From positions 1 to 62,059 of the forward strand of contig JAJPXY010000052.1 of NCBI GenBank assembly GCA_021205205.1: a DNA stretch of 62,059 nt, given 5' to 3'. The stretch is from Clostridiales bacterium. Its GTDB lineage: Bacteria; Bacillota; Clostridia; Oscillospirales; Oscillospiraceae. Positions 1 to 10,200 of this stretch are shown here, piece after piece (the stretch's first letter is position 1; the number at the start of each line of letters is the position of its first letter). The position numbers and the translations under genes were made by a program. The notes below the pieces were generated by a model, which saw nothing but the letters and a program-made list of their open reading frames with translations, did not search any database and was not told where the DNA came from.

Positions 1-41
1 GCCACGTTTTTGTGGCATTTGGAACAAAGTGTCGGTTGCAT
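1..41 (-). CDS. 5' end of a gene running off the window; probable Clp ATPase (ClpC/ClpE-like) with N-terminal Cys motif
   Basis: ATG at 41 with GGAGGA RBS; reads MQPTLCSKCHKNV (CxxC), resembling clostridial Clp ATPase N-termini; only 13 codons visible. Confidence 0.5.
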   Translation of the reverse strand, partial: MQPTLCSKCHKNV

Positions 42-142
42 GGCTGTATCCTCCTTCTCAGAGTGGGGAGTGTTGATTTTAAGCATAAGGGTAGCAGATA
101 ATTGTGAACAAATCTAGACAAAAGCAAAACAAAAGCGAAAAT

Positions 143-886
143 TTATTTAAGATTAGAATTTTCCTTGCCGTCCTGATTTTCCCTCAGACGTTCTTCCTCT
201 ATCCACCGGGTCAGCTCCTCCTGGGCCTGGAGCAGCCAGGCCCGCCGGGGAATGTCCTCCGGCTTGGCGGAGTACTCCAGCCCTCGGAGCAGCCGCCGGT
301 TCTTCTCCGCCAGGGCGCGCAGAGCCGCCAGCCGCTCCGGCTCCCGTACCCAATGGGCGGGCCGTCCCGCCAGCTCCTCCGCCGGGGAGAGGGGGGCTTC
401 CCATCCGCCCTCGACCAGCAGAAGGGCATACCACCGCGCACCCTCCCGCACCATCCGCTCCCGGCGGACGGCGTAGCCGTTTGCCGCCAGCCAGCGGCGC
501 AGCTCCGGCTGAGAGCGCTGAGGCTGCAAAATCAGCCGGACGCCCTGCTTGGTCCAGGGCGCGGCCTCTAATATGTGTAAAATCGTCTCGCCGCCCATGC
601 CGCAGATGGTCACGGCGTCGGCCTCGCCGGGGGCGATGCCCTCCAGGCCGGGGCAGAGCCGCAGCTCCACCTGTTCCTCCAGCCCGAACCGCCGGACGGT
701 GTCCCCCGCGCGGCCCAGGGGGCCGGGGCGGATGTCGGAGGCGATGGCCCGGTCGATTTTCCCCTCCAGCAGCAAGGCGGTGGGGAGGTGGGCGTGGTCG
801 GTTCCCACGTCGCAGAGGACCGCCCCCTCCGGCACCCAGTCGGCGGCGGCCCGGAGCCGGGGCGTCAGTTGTATCGTCTGTCTCAT
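143..886 (-). CDS. trmK: tRNA (adenine(22)-N1)-methyltransferase
   Basis: LTPRL...DVGTDHAHLP, ASDIRPGPL, ICGMGGETI, LILQP motifs. Confidence 0.9.
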   Translation of the reverse strand: MRQTIQLTPRLRAAADWVPEGAVLCDVGTDHAHLPTALLLEGKIDRAIASDIRPGPLGRAGDTVRRFGLEEQVELRLCPGLEGIAPGEADAVTICGMGGETILHILEAAPWTKQGVRLILQPQRSQPELRRWLAANGYAVRRERMVREGARWYALLLVEGGWEAPLSPAEELAGRPAHWVREPERLAALRALAEKNRRLLRGLEYSAKPEDIPRRAWLLQAQEELTRWIEEERLRENQDGKENSNLK

Positions 887-969
887 GTTCCTCTTGTCGC
901 AGATGGAAAGGTCCCGGAAGCGCAGCCGCGTTCCCGGGACCTGGTCAGGTTTGAAAAGCCAGCGCCGTC

Positions 970-1176
970 TTACTCCTTCAGGGCCAGATGGCTGTAAATC
1001 TCATCCAGCAGAGTGTCACAGTCGATCCCGTGGACATAGCAGGCTTCTTCGATGGTCTCCCCCTGGGAGGCGGGGCAGTACAGACAGTGCATCCCGGCGG
1101 CCATGAAGATGGGAGCGGTATCCGGCGCGATGGCGAGGACCTCACCAATGATGGTGTCTTTTGTGATTTCAGGCAT
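970..1176 (-). CDS. DUF1858 / hybrid-cluster-associated redox disulfide domain protein
   Basis: ITKDTIIGEV...GMHCLYCPASQGETIEEACYVHGID; GGAGG RBS. Confidence 0.85.
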   Translation of the reverse strand: MPEITKDTIIGEVLAIAPDTAPIFMAAGMHCLYCPASQGETIEEACYVHGIDCDTLLDEIYSHLALKE

Positions 1177-1318
1177 AGTAACACCTCCAAGTCATACTAT
1201 GGCTCTATTATACCCGCCTCTGCAGGACTTTTCAATATCCAAATTGTGAAATTATCACCAAAAAGCGCCGCCGCACCAACCCGCCGCAAAAATTCCTGTT
1301 TCCGGCCTCTCCCGCCTC

Positions 1319-1347
1319 TTGCCTTTTGGTCTCTGGAACGGTATAAT
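1319..1347 (+). promoter_or_regulatory. sigma-A promoter of trkAH
   Basis: TTGCCT-N17-TATAAT. Confidence 0.6.
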
Positions 1348-1399
1348 GCTCATTGGATAAGAGAAAAACGGCGAAACGCCGGAGAAGGCGGAGGAACCC

Positions 1400-2797
1400 A
1401 TGAAAATCATCATTGTAGGCTGCGGCAAGGTCGGTTACACCCTGGCCGACACCCTCAGCGGCGAAAACCACGACGTGACCGTCATCGACAACAACCAGGA
1501 AAAGCTGGACCGACTGGCCAACGAACTGGACGTGGCGGCCGTGGCGGGCAACGGAGCCAGCTACCACGTCCTCCAGGAGGCCGGGGTGGAGGACTGCGAC
1601 GTGCTCATCGCCGCCACCAGCCAGGACGAGGTCAATATGCTCTGCTGCCTCATCGCCCGGAAGGCGGGCCAGTGCAAAACCATCGCCCGGGTGCGGGACC
1701 CCGAATATTATTCCGAGATCGGCTTCATTCGGGAGGAGCTGGGCCTCTCCCTTGCCATCAACCCGGAGCTGAGCGCGGCGCTGGCCTGCTACCAGCTGGT
1801 GCGGGCGCCCTTCGCCATGGAGATCGACACCTTCGCCAGCGGCAAGGTGGAGATGATTACCTTCGACCTGCCCGACAACTCCCCCTGGATCGGCAAGAGC
1901 CTGATGGAGATCACCCAGTCCAGCCGGAACCCCCTGCTCATCGCCATCGTCACCCGGCAGCACAAGGCAATCATCCCCAACGGCAGTACCGTCATAGAGC
2001 GGGGGGACCGCCTCTCCCTGATGCTGGACGCCCAGTATCTCCGGAAGACGCTGGAGAGCGTCGGCGTGCGGGTTCGTCCCATCCGCACAGTGGTCATCGC
2101 CGGAGGCGGCAACGTGGGCTATTACCTGGCCAGGCGCCTGTGCGACATCCGGCCGAAGGTCACCATCATCGAACCCAACCGGGCCAGGTGCGACGCCCTC
2201 AACGATTTGCTGCCCAAGGTCAACGTCATCTACGGCGACCCGTGCAGCGAGAGTCTGCTGATGGAGGAGGGCATCGACGAGGCAGACGCCTTCTGCTCCC
2301 TGCTGGGCAACGACTCCGAGAACATCATGCTGAGTATGTTCGTCAGCAAGGTCTCCAACGCCAAGGTCATCACCCGCATCAACAAGATGTCCATGAGCGG
2401 CGTGATCAACGAGCTGCCCCTGGGGGCCATCGTCTCCCCCAAGGCGCTGACGGCGGAACACATCCTCCGCTATGTGCGGGCCATGGGCAACGCCGCCGGG
2501 TCCAGCAACATGGAGGCGGTCTACCGGCTGGCCAGCGACCAGGTGGAGGCCATCTCCTTCACGGTGGAGAGCGCCTCGGCGGCCACCGGGCGGCGGCTGA
2601 TGGATTTGCACACCCGCAGCGGGGTGTTGGTCTGCGCCGTCATCCGGGAGGGAACCATCACCATTCCCTCCGGCCAGGATATGATTCTGCCGGGAGACCA
2701 GGTGGTCATCGTCACCACCCGGCGGGGCATCTGCGACCTGACGGACATCCTGGGCCGGGGCACAGGCAGCGGAACCGCCTCCCATCGGCAGAGATAA
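1400..2797 (+). CDS. trkA: Trk K+ uptake NAD-binding subunit
   Basis: Two RCK_N/RCK_C units (GCGKVG, GGGNVG), KTIARVR. Confidence 0.95.
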   Translation: MKIIIVGCGKVGYTLADTLSGENHDVTVIDNNQEKLDRLANELDVAAVAGNGASYHVLQEAGVEDCDVLIAATSQDEVNMLCCLIARKAGQCKTIARVRDPEYYSEIGFIREELGLSLAINPELSAALACYQLVRAPFAMEIDTFASGKVEMITFDLPDNSPWIGKSLMEITQSSRNPLLIAIVTRQHKAIIPNGSTVIERGDRLSLMLDAQYLRKTLESVGVRVRPIRTVVIAGGGNVGYYLARRLCDIRPKVTIIEPNRARCDALNDLLPKVNVIYGDPCSESLLMEEGIDEADAFCSLLGNDSENIMLSMFVSKVSNAKVITRINKMSMSGVINELPLGAIVSPKALTAEHILRYVRAMGNAAGSSNMEAVYRLASDQVEAISFTVESASAATGRRLMDLHTRSGVLVCAVIREGTITIPSGQDMILPGDQVVIVTTRRGICDLTDILGRGTGSGTASHRQR

Positions 2798-2829
2798 ACA
2801 ATAACTACAGGGTGTGAACTGGATTATTT

Positions 2830-4275
2830 ATGAACTATCGGAGTATTATCAACATATTGGGGTGGATCACCGGCATCGAGGGCGTCTTTATGCTGCTGCC
2901 CCTGGTGTGCGCCCTGGTGTACGGCGAGCGGACGGGCGTGTTCTTCGCCCTGTGCGCGGCGGGGTGTTTCCTGGTCTGCCTGGGACTGACCCGCGTCAAG
3001 CGGCGCAAGGACCGCTTCTATGCCCGGGAGGGCTATGTCACCGTGGCGCTGGCCTGGATCTTAATGTCCCTCATCGGGGCGCTGCCCTTCACCCTCAGCG
3101 GGGAGATCCCCAATTATCTGGACGCGGTGTTCGAGACGGTGTCTGGCTTCACCACTACCGGCGCCAGTATTCTGGACGACGTGGAGGCCCTGAGTCACTG
3201 TATGCTGCTCTGGCGGAGCTTCACCCACTGGGTCGGCGGCATGGGCGTATTGGTCTTTGTGCTTGCCATCCTGCCTCTGGCGGGGGGCGGCTCCAGCTTC
3301 GCCCTGATGCAGGCGGAAAGCCCCGGTCCCTCGGTCTCCAAGCTGGTGCCCCACCTGAAAGCCACCGCCCGGAACCTCTACATTATCTACACCGGCCTGA
3401 CTTTTGCACAGTTCGTGCTGATGTGCCTGGGCGGGATGCCCCTGTTCGACTCCCTGTGCATCGCCTTCGGCACGGCGGGCACCGGCGGTTTCGGCGTGCT
3501 GGCCGACTCCTGCGCCGCCTACAGTACCTACCTCCAAGTAGTCATCACGATTTTTATGGTGCTGTTCGGCATCAATTTTGAGTTCTTCTTCCTCTGCACC
3601 CTCCGCCGGTTCCGGGAGGCCGGGAAAATGGAGGAGGTGCGGTGGTATCTGATTATTTTCGTGGGCGCGACCCTGGTCGTGGGGCTGGACGTGTTCTGCA
3701 AGCAGGGGGGCGGCCTGCTCTATAACTTGCAGCAGAGCGCTTTCCAGGTGGCCAGCGTCATGACCACCACCGGCTTCTCCACCTGCGACTTCGACCAGTG
3801 GCCCATGTTCGCTAAGATGATTTTGGTGGCCATCATGTTCTCCGGGGCCTGCGCCGGCAGCACCGGCGGCGGCCTGAAGGTCAGCCGTATCCTGCTCTAT
3901 GCCAAAGCCGGCATCCGGGAAGCCCGGGCGCTGATCCAGCCTCGGCGGGTCAGCGCGGTGCGCCTCAATGGCAGCAGTGTGGAGCGCTCGGTCCTCCAGG
4001 GGGCCATGATGTTCCTGGCCTGCTACTTGGGCATTTACGTGGTTTCGGTGCTACTCCTGGCGCTGGACTGCGAGGACTTCACCACCTGTTTCACCGCCGT
4101 AGCCGCCACCATCAACAACATCGGCCCCGGTCTGTCCCTGGTGGGACCGGCGTGCAACTACGGGTTCCTCTCCCCCCTGTCCAAGCTGACGCTGATCTTC
4201 GATATGCTGGCGGGGCGGCTGGAGGTGTTCCCCATGCTAATCCTGCTGTTCCCCTCCACCTGGAAGCGGAAGTAA
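2830..4275 (+). CDS. trkH: Trk K+ uptake membrane subunit
   Basis: FETVSGFTTTG, TAGTGGF, GACAGSTGGG, NNIGPG, GRLE pore motifs. Confidence 0.95.
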   Translation: MNYRSIINILGWITGIEGVFMLLPLVCALVYGERTGVFFALCAAGCFLVCLGLTRVKRRKDRFYAREGYVTVALAWILMSLIGALPFTLSGEIPNYLDAVFETVSGFTTTGASILDDVEALSHCMLLWRSFTHWVGGMGVLVFVLAILPLAGGGSSFALMQAESPGPSVSKLVPHLKATARNLYIIYTGLTFAQFVLMCLGGMPLFDSLCIAFGTAGTGGFGVLADSCAAYSTYLQVVITIFMVLFGINFEFFFLCTLRRFREAGKMEEVRWYLIIFVGATLVVGLDVFCKQGGGLLYNLQQSAFQVASVMTTTGFSTCDFDQWPMFAKMILVAIMFSGACAGSTGGGLKVSRILLYAKAGIREARALIQPRRVSAVRLNGSSVERSVLQGAMMFLACYLGIYVVSVLLLALDCEDFTTCFTAVAATINNIGPGLSLVGPACNYGFLSPLSKLTLIFDMLAGRLEVFPMLILLFPSTWKRK

Positions 4276-4305
4276 CCATGACCTGTCCCCGGCATTGCAA
4301 AACGC

Positions 4306-4343
4306 AAAAGAAAGCAGACGGAAAACCGCCTGCTTTTCTTTTT
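4306..4343 (+). terminator. Intrinsic terminator after trkH
   Basis: AAAGCAGACGG-AAAA-CCGCCTGCTTT hairpin followed by a T-run. Confidence 0.65.
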
Positions 4344-4501
4344 GCTGGCAGATGGGAATTATTGTTTTTTATGGCGCGGGACGAGCGGTCCATCAGGCCT
4401 CAGCGTGACGAAAGCTTCCGTTTTCGAACCGATTTAGCCCCTTTACAGGGGAAAATCGGTCAAAATTGAGAAATTATACGACACTTGTCGCGCTTTGTCC
4501 A

Positions 4502-4530
4502 TTGATGAGCGCCCCACAACAGGGTATAAT
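4502..4530 (+). promoter_or_regulatory. sigma-A promoter of the GT8/acyltransferase/PlsA operon
   Basis: TTGATG-N17-TATAAT. Confidence 0.6.
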
Positions 4531-4565
4531 AAAGCTACATGCGGGGCGGCCAGAGGGGCAAAGCT

Positions 4566-5435
4566 ATGATAGAAAACGAAAATTTTTCAACGGACTGCAT
4601 CAATGTTCTCTATTGTGGGGACAAAAATATTGAGGACGGCCTGGTCCTCTCGGTCCTGTCGTTGCTCAGGCACACGGCGGAGCCGCTGCACATCTTCGTG
4701 ATGACCATGGACCTGACACTGGACCAGCGGCGCATTTCGCCCGTCTCCCGGGAGACCGTCCGGTATCTGGATTCCTATGTGAAACGGCAAAACAGCGGCA
4801 GTTCCGTCACGCGCATCGACGCCACGGAGTTGTTCCGGGCGGAGCCGCCTCAGGCCAACCTGGAGACCCGGTTCACCCCCTGCTGTATGCTGCGGCTGTT
4901 CGCGGACCAGGTCCCCCAGCTGCCGGACCGCATCCTGTACCTGGACAACGACGTGGTCTGTCGGCAGGATTGTAGCGCGTTTTACCACCAGGACATGGAG
5001 GGATACGAGCTGGCTGGCGTACTGGACTACTACGGAAGATGGGTCTTCCGCAGCCGTCCGCTCCACATGGACTATGTCAACTCCGGGGTGCTGCTGCTGA
5101 ACCTGGCGCGCATCCGGGAGACCGGCCTCTTTGCCCGGTGCCGGGCTATGTGCCGCGACAAGCAGATGTTTATGCCGGATCAGTCCGCCATCAACAAGCT
5201 GGCCCGGGACAAAAAGCTCTGGGGCAGAGCCTATAACGAACAGCGCAAGCTGCACCAAAACACCGTTTTTCAGCATTTCACCACCAGCTTCCGCTTTTTC
5301 CCCTGGATACACACGCTGACCGTGAAGCCATGGCAAATCGAGCAGGTGCATAAAAAGCTGAAAATTCACGAGTATGATGACATTTTTCAGGAATATACTG
5401 ATGTCACCACCGCGATGAAAGGATACTTGTTATGA
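4566..5435 (+). CDS. Glycosyltransferase family 8
   Basis: LRLF, LYLDND (DxD), YVNSGVLLLNL, PDQSAIN, HFT, KPW; start at 4566 chosen over 4539. Confidence 0.9.
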   Translation: MIENENFSTDCINVLYCGDKNIEDGLVLSVLSLLRHTAEPLHIFVMTMDLTLDQRRISPVSRETVRYLDSYVKRQNSGSSVTRIDATELFRAEPPQANLETRFTPCCMLRLFADQVPQLPDRILYLDNDVVCRQDCSAFYHQDMEGYELAGVLDYYGRWVFRSRPLHMDYVNSGVLLLNLARIRETGLFARCRAMCRDKQMFMPDQSAINKLARDKKLWGRAYNEQRKLHQNTVFQHFTTSFRFFPWIHTLTVKPWQIEQVHKKLKIHEYDDIFQEYTDVTTAMKGYLL

Positions 5436-6403
5436 AACAGGATGAGATCCCCATCTTCTTCACTGTGGACGAGAGCTATGCGCCCTATTTGGACTGCGCG
5501 ATCCGCTCCATGATGGAGCGTGCGTCCAGGGCGTACACCTATCAAATCATCGTCCTCCACGAGGACTTGACCGAGGAGAGCCGGAGGAAGCTCTCCGCCG
5601 CCGTAAAGCCTCCCTTTCAGATCCGCTTTCTCCAAATGCAGGAAAAGCTGGCAGGCATCACCGACCGGGCCGAAAATAGATTGCGGTGCGATTACTTCAC
5701 ACCGACCATCTATTTCCGGCTTTTTATTGCCGACCGGTTCCCGGAGTACGACAAAGGGCTTTATCTGGACAGCGACATCGTGGTGCCAGGGGACATCTCC
5801 CAGCTGTATCAGACCGAGTTGGGAGACGATCTCATCGGCGCCTGCCCCGACCACTCCATCACGCCGGTGCCCGCGCTGGTGGACTATGTGGAAAACGCGG
5901 TGGGCATCCCCATCGAACAGTATATCAACTCCGGGATTCTGGTGATGAACCTGAAAAAAATGCGGGAGGTGGGCCTTTGCGACCACTTCCTCCATCTGCT
6001 GCACACCTATCACTTCGACTGTCTGGCCCCGGACCAGGACTATTTCAACGCCATGTGCAATGGCAAAATCGTCTACCTGGACGAGAGCTGGGACGCCATG
6101 CCGCCAGAAGGGGGCGGCGGAACAGGCGCGATATTGGAGCGCCCCAACCTGATCCACTACAACCTGTTCCAGAAGCCCTGGTGCTACGACGACATCCCCT
6201 ATGAGGACTACTTCTGGCGCTATGCGAAAGGCTCCCCCTTCTACGAGGACATCGTGCGCCACAAGGAGACCTATACCGAGGAACAGAAGGCGTCTGACCG
6301 CGCCTGCCTGGGCAATATGATCCAAAAGGGACCGGAGGTGTGCAAACAGCCGGTGGCCTTCCGCAAGATGGCAGAAAAAGGGGAGAAAATTCGCGTATGC
6401 TGA
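5432..6403 (+). CDS. Glycosyltransferase family 8
   Basis: YFRLF, LYLDSD, YINSGILVMNL, PDQDYFN, IHYN..KPW; ATGA overlap with the upstream gene. Confidence 0.92.
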   Translation: MKQDEIPIFFTVDESYAPYLDCAIRSMMERASRAYTYQIIVLHEDLTEESRRKLSAAVKPPFQIRFLQMQEKLAGITDRAENRLRCDYFTPTIYFRLFIADRFPEYDKGLYLDSDIVVPGDISQLYQTELGDDLIGACPDHSITPVPALVDYVENAVGIPIEQYINSGILVMNLKKMREVGLCDHFLHLLHTYHFDCLAPDQDYFNAMCNGKIVYLDESWDAMPPEGGGGTGAILERPNLIHYNLFQKPWCYDDIPYEDYFWRYAKGSPFYEDIVRHKETYTEEQKASDRACLGNMIQKGPEVCKQPVAFRKMAEKGEKIRVC

Positions 6404-7275
6404 TCGGAGGCAACAAGAAGCAGGTGGTGGCCAATATGCGCGCCGCCACAGAGCGGGGCGACCTGAACTGTAAGGTGGAGGTGGACGACCCCACCCTGTC
6501 CAAAGAGGAGCAGGGGGCCATCACGCAGCATTTTCTGGACAACTACAAGACCTTTGGCTACCGGTTCTGCAACGTCTGCGCCCGGGCGCTGACGGACACC
6601 GCCACCAAGTACCTGAACCGGGGCACGAAAATCGAGGGGCTGGAAAATCTGGACGGGGTCCACGGCGGGGTCATCGTGACCAGCAACCACTTTAGCCCCT
6701 TGGACAACACGGCGGTGCGCCAGGCCATGAACCGAGCCGGTTACAAGCGGCTGTACATGGTCAGCCAGGAGAGCAACCTGGCGATGAAGGGCTGGATTGG
6801 CTTTCTGATGAACCACGAGGACATCATCCCCCTGGCCAACAACGCCACCTACCTGCGCAAGCATTTCGGCCCCATGCTCCACGAGCGGCTGGAGCAGGGC
6901 CACGCCGTCCTCATCTACCCGGAGCAGGAGATGTGGTTCCACTACCGCAAGCCCCGCCCGCCCAAGCGGGGGGCTTATTACTACGCCGCCGTCAACCGCG
7001 TGCCCGTGGTGTCCTGCTTTGTAGAGATCCGGGACCTGCCGGGGACGGAGAACGACCAGTTCCACAAGACCCGGTATGTCACCCACGTTCTCCCGCCCAT
7101 CTACCCCGACCCGGCCAAAAGCGACCGGGAAAACAGCGAGGAAATGATGGCCCAGGATTACCGGCAGAAGGTGGCCGCCTATGAGCGGGCCTACGGCAAA
7201 AAACTGACCTATGCGTTTGACCTGACCGACATCGCCGGGTGGATTCCCCCGGAGCGGTCGCGGAAGCTGCCCTGA
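6397..7275 (+). CDS. PlsC/lysophospholipid acyltransferase family protein
   Basis: SNHFSPLD (HX4D) and LIYPEQ blocks; start overlaps the upstream stop. Confidence 0.85.
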   Translation: MLIGGNKKQVVANMRAATERGDLNCKVEVDDPTLSKEEQGAITQHFLDNYKTFGYRFCNVCARALTDTATKYLNRGTKIEGLENLDGVHGGVIVTSNHFSPLDNTAVRQAMNRAGYKRLYMVSQESNLAMKGWIGFLMNHEDIIPLANNATYLRKHFGPMLHERLEQGHAVLIYPEQEMWFHYRKPRPPKRGAYYYAAVNRVPVVSCFVEIRDLPGTENDQFHKTRYVTHVLPPIYPDPAKSDRENSEEMMAQDYRQKVAAYERAYGKKLTYAFDLTDIAGWIPPERSRKLP

Positions 7276-7298
7276 GGGCACGGAAAGGAAGCATCGTT

Positions 7299-10200
7299 GT
7301 GGAAGGGACAGACAGAAACCTTCGCATTGGAATCGACGTGGGGTCCACAACCGTCAAGGTGGTCGTCACCGACCCGGAAAGCGGCCGGACGCTCCACGCC
7401 CGCTACGTGCGGCACAACGCCCGCCAGCAGGAGACGGTGGACAGTCTGCTCCGGGAGGCGGCGGAGCGCTTTCCCAAGGAACGGTTCCGGGGGGCGGTCT
7501 GCGGCTCCGGCGGCAGGCCGATCGCGCAAAAGCTGGGGGTCCCCTACATACAGGAGGTGGTGGCCAACTCCGCCGCCGTCCGGGCGCTGTACCCCAATGT
7601 GAAAACCGCCGTGGAGCTGGGCGGACAGGACGCAAAGGTCGTGTTCTTCCACTACGACGAACAGAAGGGACAGCTCCAGACCTCCGATATGCGGATGAAC
7701 GGCAGCTGCGCCGGCGGCACCGGCGCGTTTATCGACGAGGTGGCGGCGCTGCTGAACGTGGAACCGGAACAGTTTGAAGCTCTGGCGGAGCAGGGCTGCA
7801 CGGTTTACGACATCTCCGGCCGGTGCGGCGTATTCGCCAAGACGGACATCCAGCCGCTGCTGCTCTCCGGGGCCAGGAAGGGGGACATCGCCCTGTCCAC
7901 CTTCCACGCCATCGTGAAGCAGACCATCGGCGGGCTGGCCCAGGGGCTGGAGCTGGAGGCCCCCATCATCTTCGAGGGCGGCCCGCTGACCTTCCACCCC
8001 ACTCTGATTCGGGTGTTCGCGGAGCGGCTGCACCTGTCGGAACAGGACATCGTCCGCCCGGAACATCCTGAGACCATCGTGGCCTACGGCACCGCCATCG
8101 CCATCGACCAACTTTTTCCCCAGGAGACGGATACCATCACCCTGGGGGAGCTGTCGGCCCGGCTGGCCCGGTCGGACGGCCCCGCAGCCTCCGAGGAGGA
8201 CGTGCAGGAGCCTCTCTTTCCCTCCCTCCAGGCGCAGCAAGCCTTTCAGGCGCGGCACGACCGGGAGCTGAAGGACCTGTGCCCGCCACAGCCGGTGGAC
8301 GGAGAGCTGCGGGTCTGGCTGGGCATCGACTCCGGCAGCACCACCTCTAAGTTCGTCCTGCTGGACGAGGAGGAGCGAGTCATCGACCGCTTCTATGCCA
8401 ACAACCAGGGGGAGCCGCTGCTGGTGGTGCGGGACGGCCTGAACGCCATGAAGCGGAAGTACGACGCCCAGGGCATCAAGCTGACCGTTCTGGGCCTGGG
8501 CACCACAGGCTACGGGGAAAATCTGCTGGCCCGGGCCTACGGCGCGGACTACCACACCGTGGAGACAGTGGCCCACGCCATGGGCTGCGCCCAGTATTAC
8601 CCAGAGGCCACCTTCCTGCTGGACATCGGCGGGCAGGACATGAAGGCCATCTGGCTGGAGGACGGCATCATCACCAACATCATGCTGAACGAAGCCTGTT
8701 CCTCCGGGTGCGGCTCGTTCCTGGAAAACTTCGCGGTGAACCTGCACATCCCCGTGGAGGAAATTGCGGACGCGGCGTTTCGGTCAGCGGCCCCGGCCAG
8801 GCTGGGCAGCCGCTGCACCGTGTTTATGAACAGCACCATCATCAACGAGCAGCGGCGGGGCAAGGGTCCCGACGACATCATGGCGGGGCTGTGCCGCTCT
8901 ATCATCGAGAACGTGTTCACCAAGGTGGTGCGCATTTCCAACACCGCTCAGCTGGGCGACTGCATCGTGGTACAGGGCGGCACCTTCCGCAACCGGGCGG
9001 TGCTGCGGGCGCTGGAGGAATATCTGGGCGCAGAGGTCCGACTGGCCCCCTACCCAGGCGAGATGGGCGCCATCGGCGCGGCCCTGGCGGTCAAGCGGCA
9101 GGTGGCGGAATCCGGCTATCAGAACGGCGTCTGTTCCTCCTTCATCGGGTTCGACGCGGTGGAACACTTTACCTATGAGACCCAGACCGGCGTCCAGTGT
9201 ATGGGCTGCGGCAACCGGTGCAGCCGCACCGTCGTCCGCTTCTCCACCGGGACGCAGCGGATCTCCGGCAACCGGTGCGAAAAGGGCGCGGTGGAGGCGC
9301 TGGACGGCTCCGCGCCGGAGAAACCGGCAAAGGAAAAACCGGCGGACCTGTTCGTGGAACGGGAAAGGCTGCTGTTTCAGGACTACCCCTATCATCAGGC
9401 CGCCCCGGACAAGGGCGAGGTCATCGGTCTGCCCCGGGTTCTGGAATTTTGGGACAGTATGCCCTTCTGGAGCACCTTCTTCCGGGCGCTGGGCTACCGG
9501 GTGAAATTCTCCCCCAAAAGCTCCCGCAGGATCTACGAGCAGGGGCTGCAATATGTGGCCTCCGACACAGTCTGTTTCCCGGCCAAGCTGGTACACGGGC
9601 ACATTATGGAGTTGTCCCGGATGGGGGTCGACCGCATCTTTTTCCCGTATGTAATGCATATGCCCCCGGAGGGGGTGGACAGGGCCAGCCCCTACGTCTG
9701 CTCCGTCCTCCAGGGCTACCCCATGGTGGTGCGCAACGCGCAGGACCCGGGGCGGGGCGGTAAGGTCATTTTCGACACTCCGGTCTTTCACTGGTTCGCG
9801 GAAAAGGACCGGAAGAAGCAGATCTGCCGCTACGCGGTGGAGACGCTGGGCGTCCCCAAGGAGGCGGCGGAGTCCGCCTTCGCGGACGGCGAACAGGCTC
9901 TGCTCTCCTTCCGCAAGACCCTGACGGACCGGGGAGAGGCGATCCTCCGCCAGGCCCACGAGACCGGCTCCTACGCGGTGGTGCTGGCAGGGCGGCCCTA
10001 CCACACCGACCCCTTCATCTGCCACGACATCTTCAAACGGTTCGAGGAGCGGGGCGTGCCGGTGCTGACGGTGGACAGCCTGCCCCACCTCAGCGAGCAG
10101 GACCTGAAAAACACCACCATCGAAATCACCAACAACTTTCACACCCGGATGCTGGAGGGGGCCATGGTGGCGGCCAAAGACCCGGCGCTGGAGTATGTGC

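Noticed and set aside
1200-1399. c-di-AMP riboswitch upstream of trkA
   Set aside because: The leader after the promoter is only ~45 nt and lacks ydaO motifs
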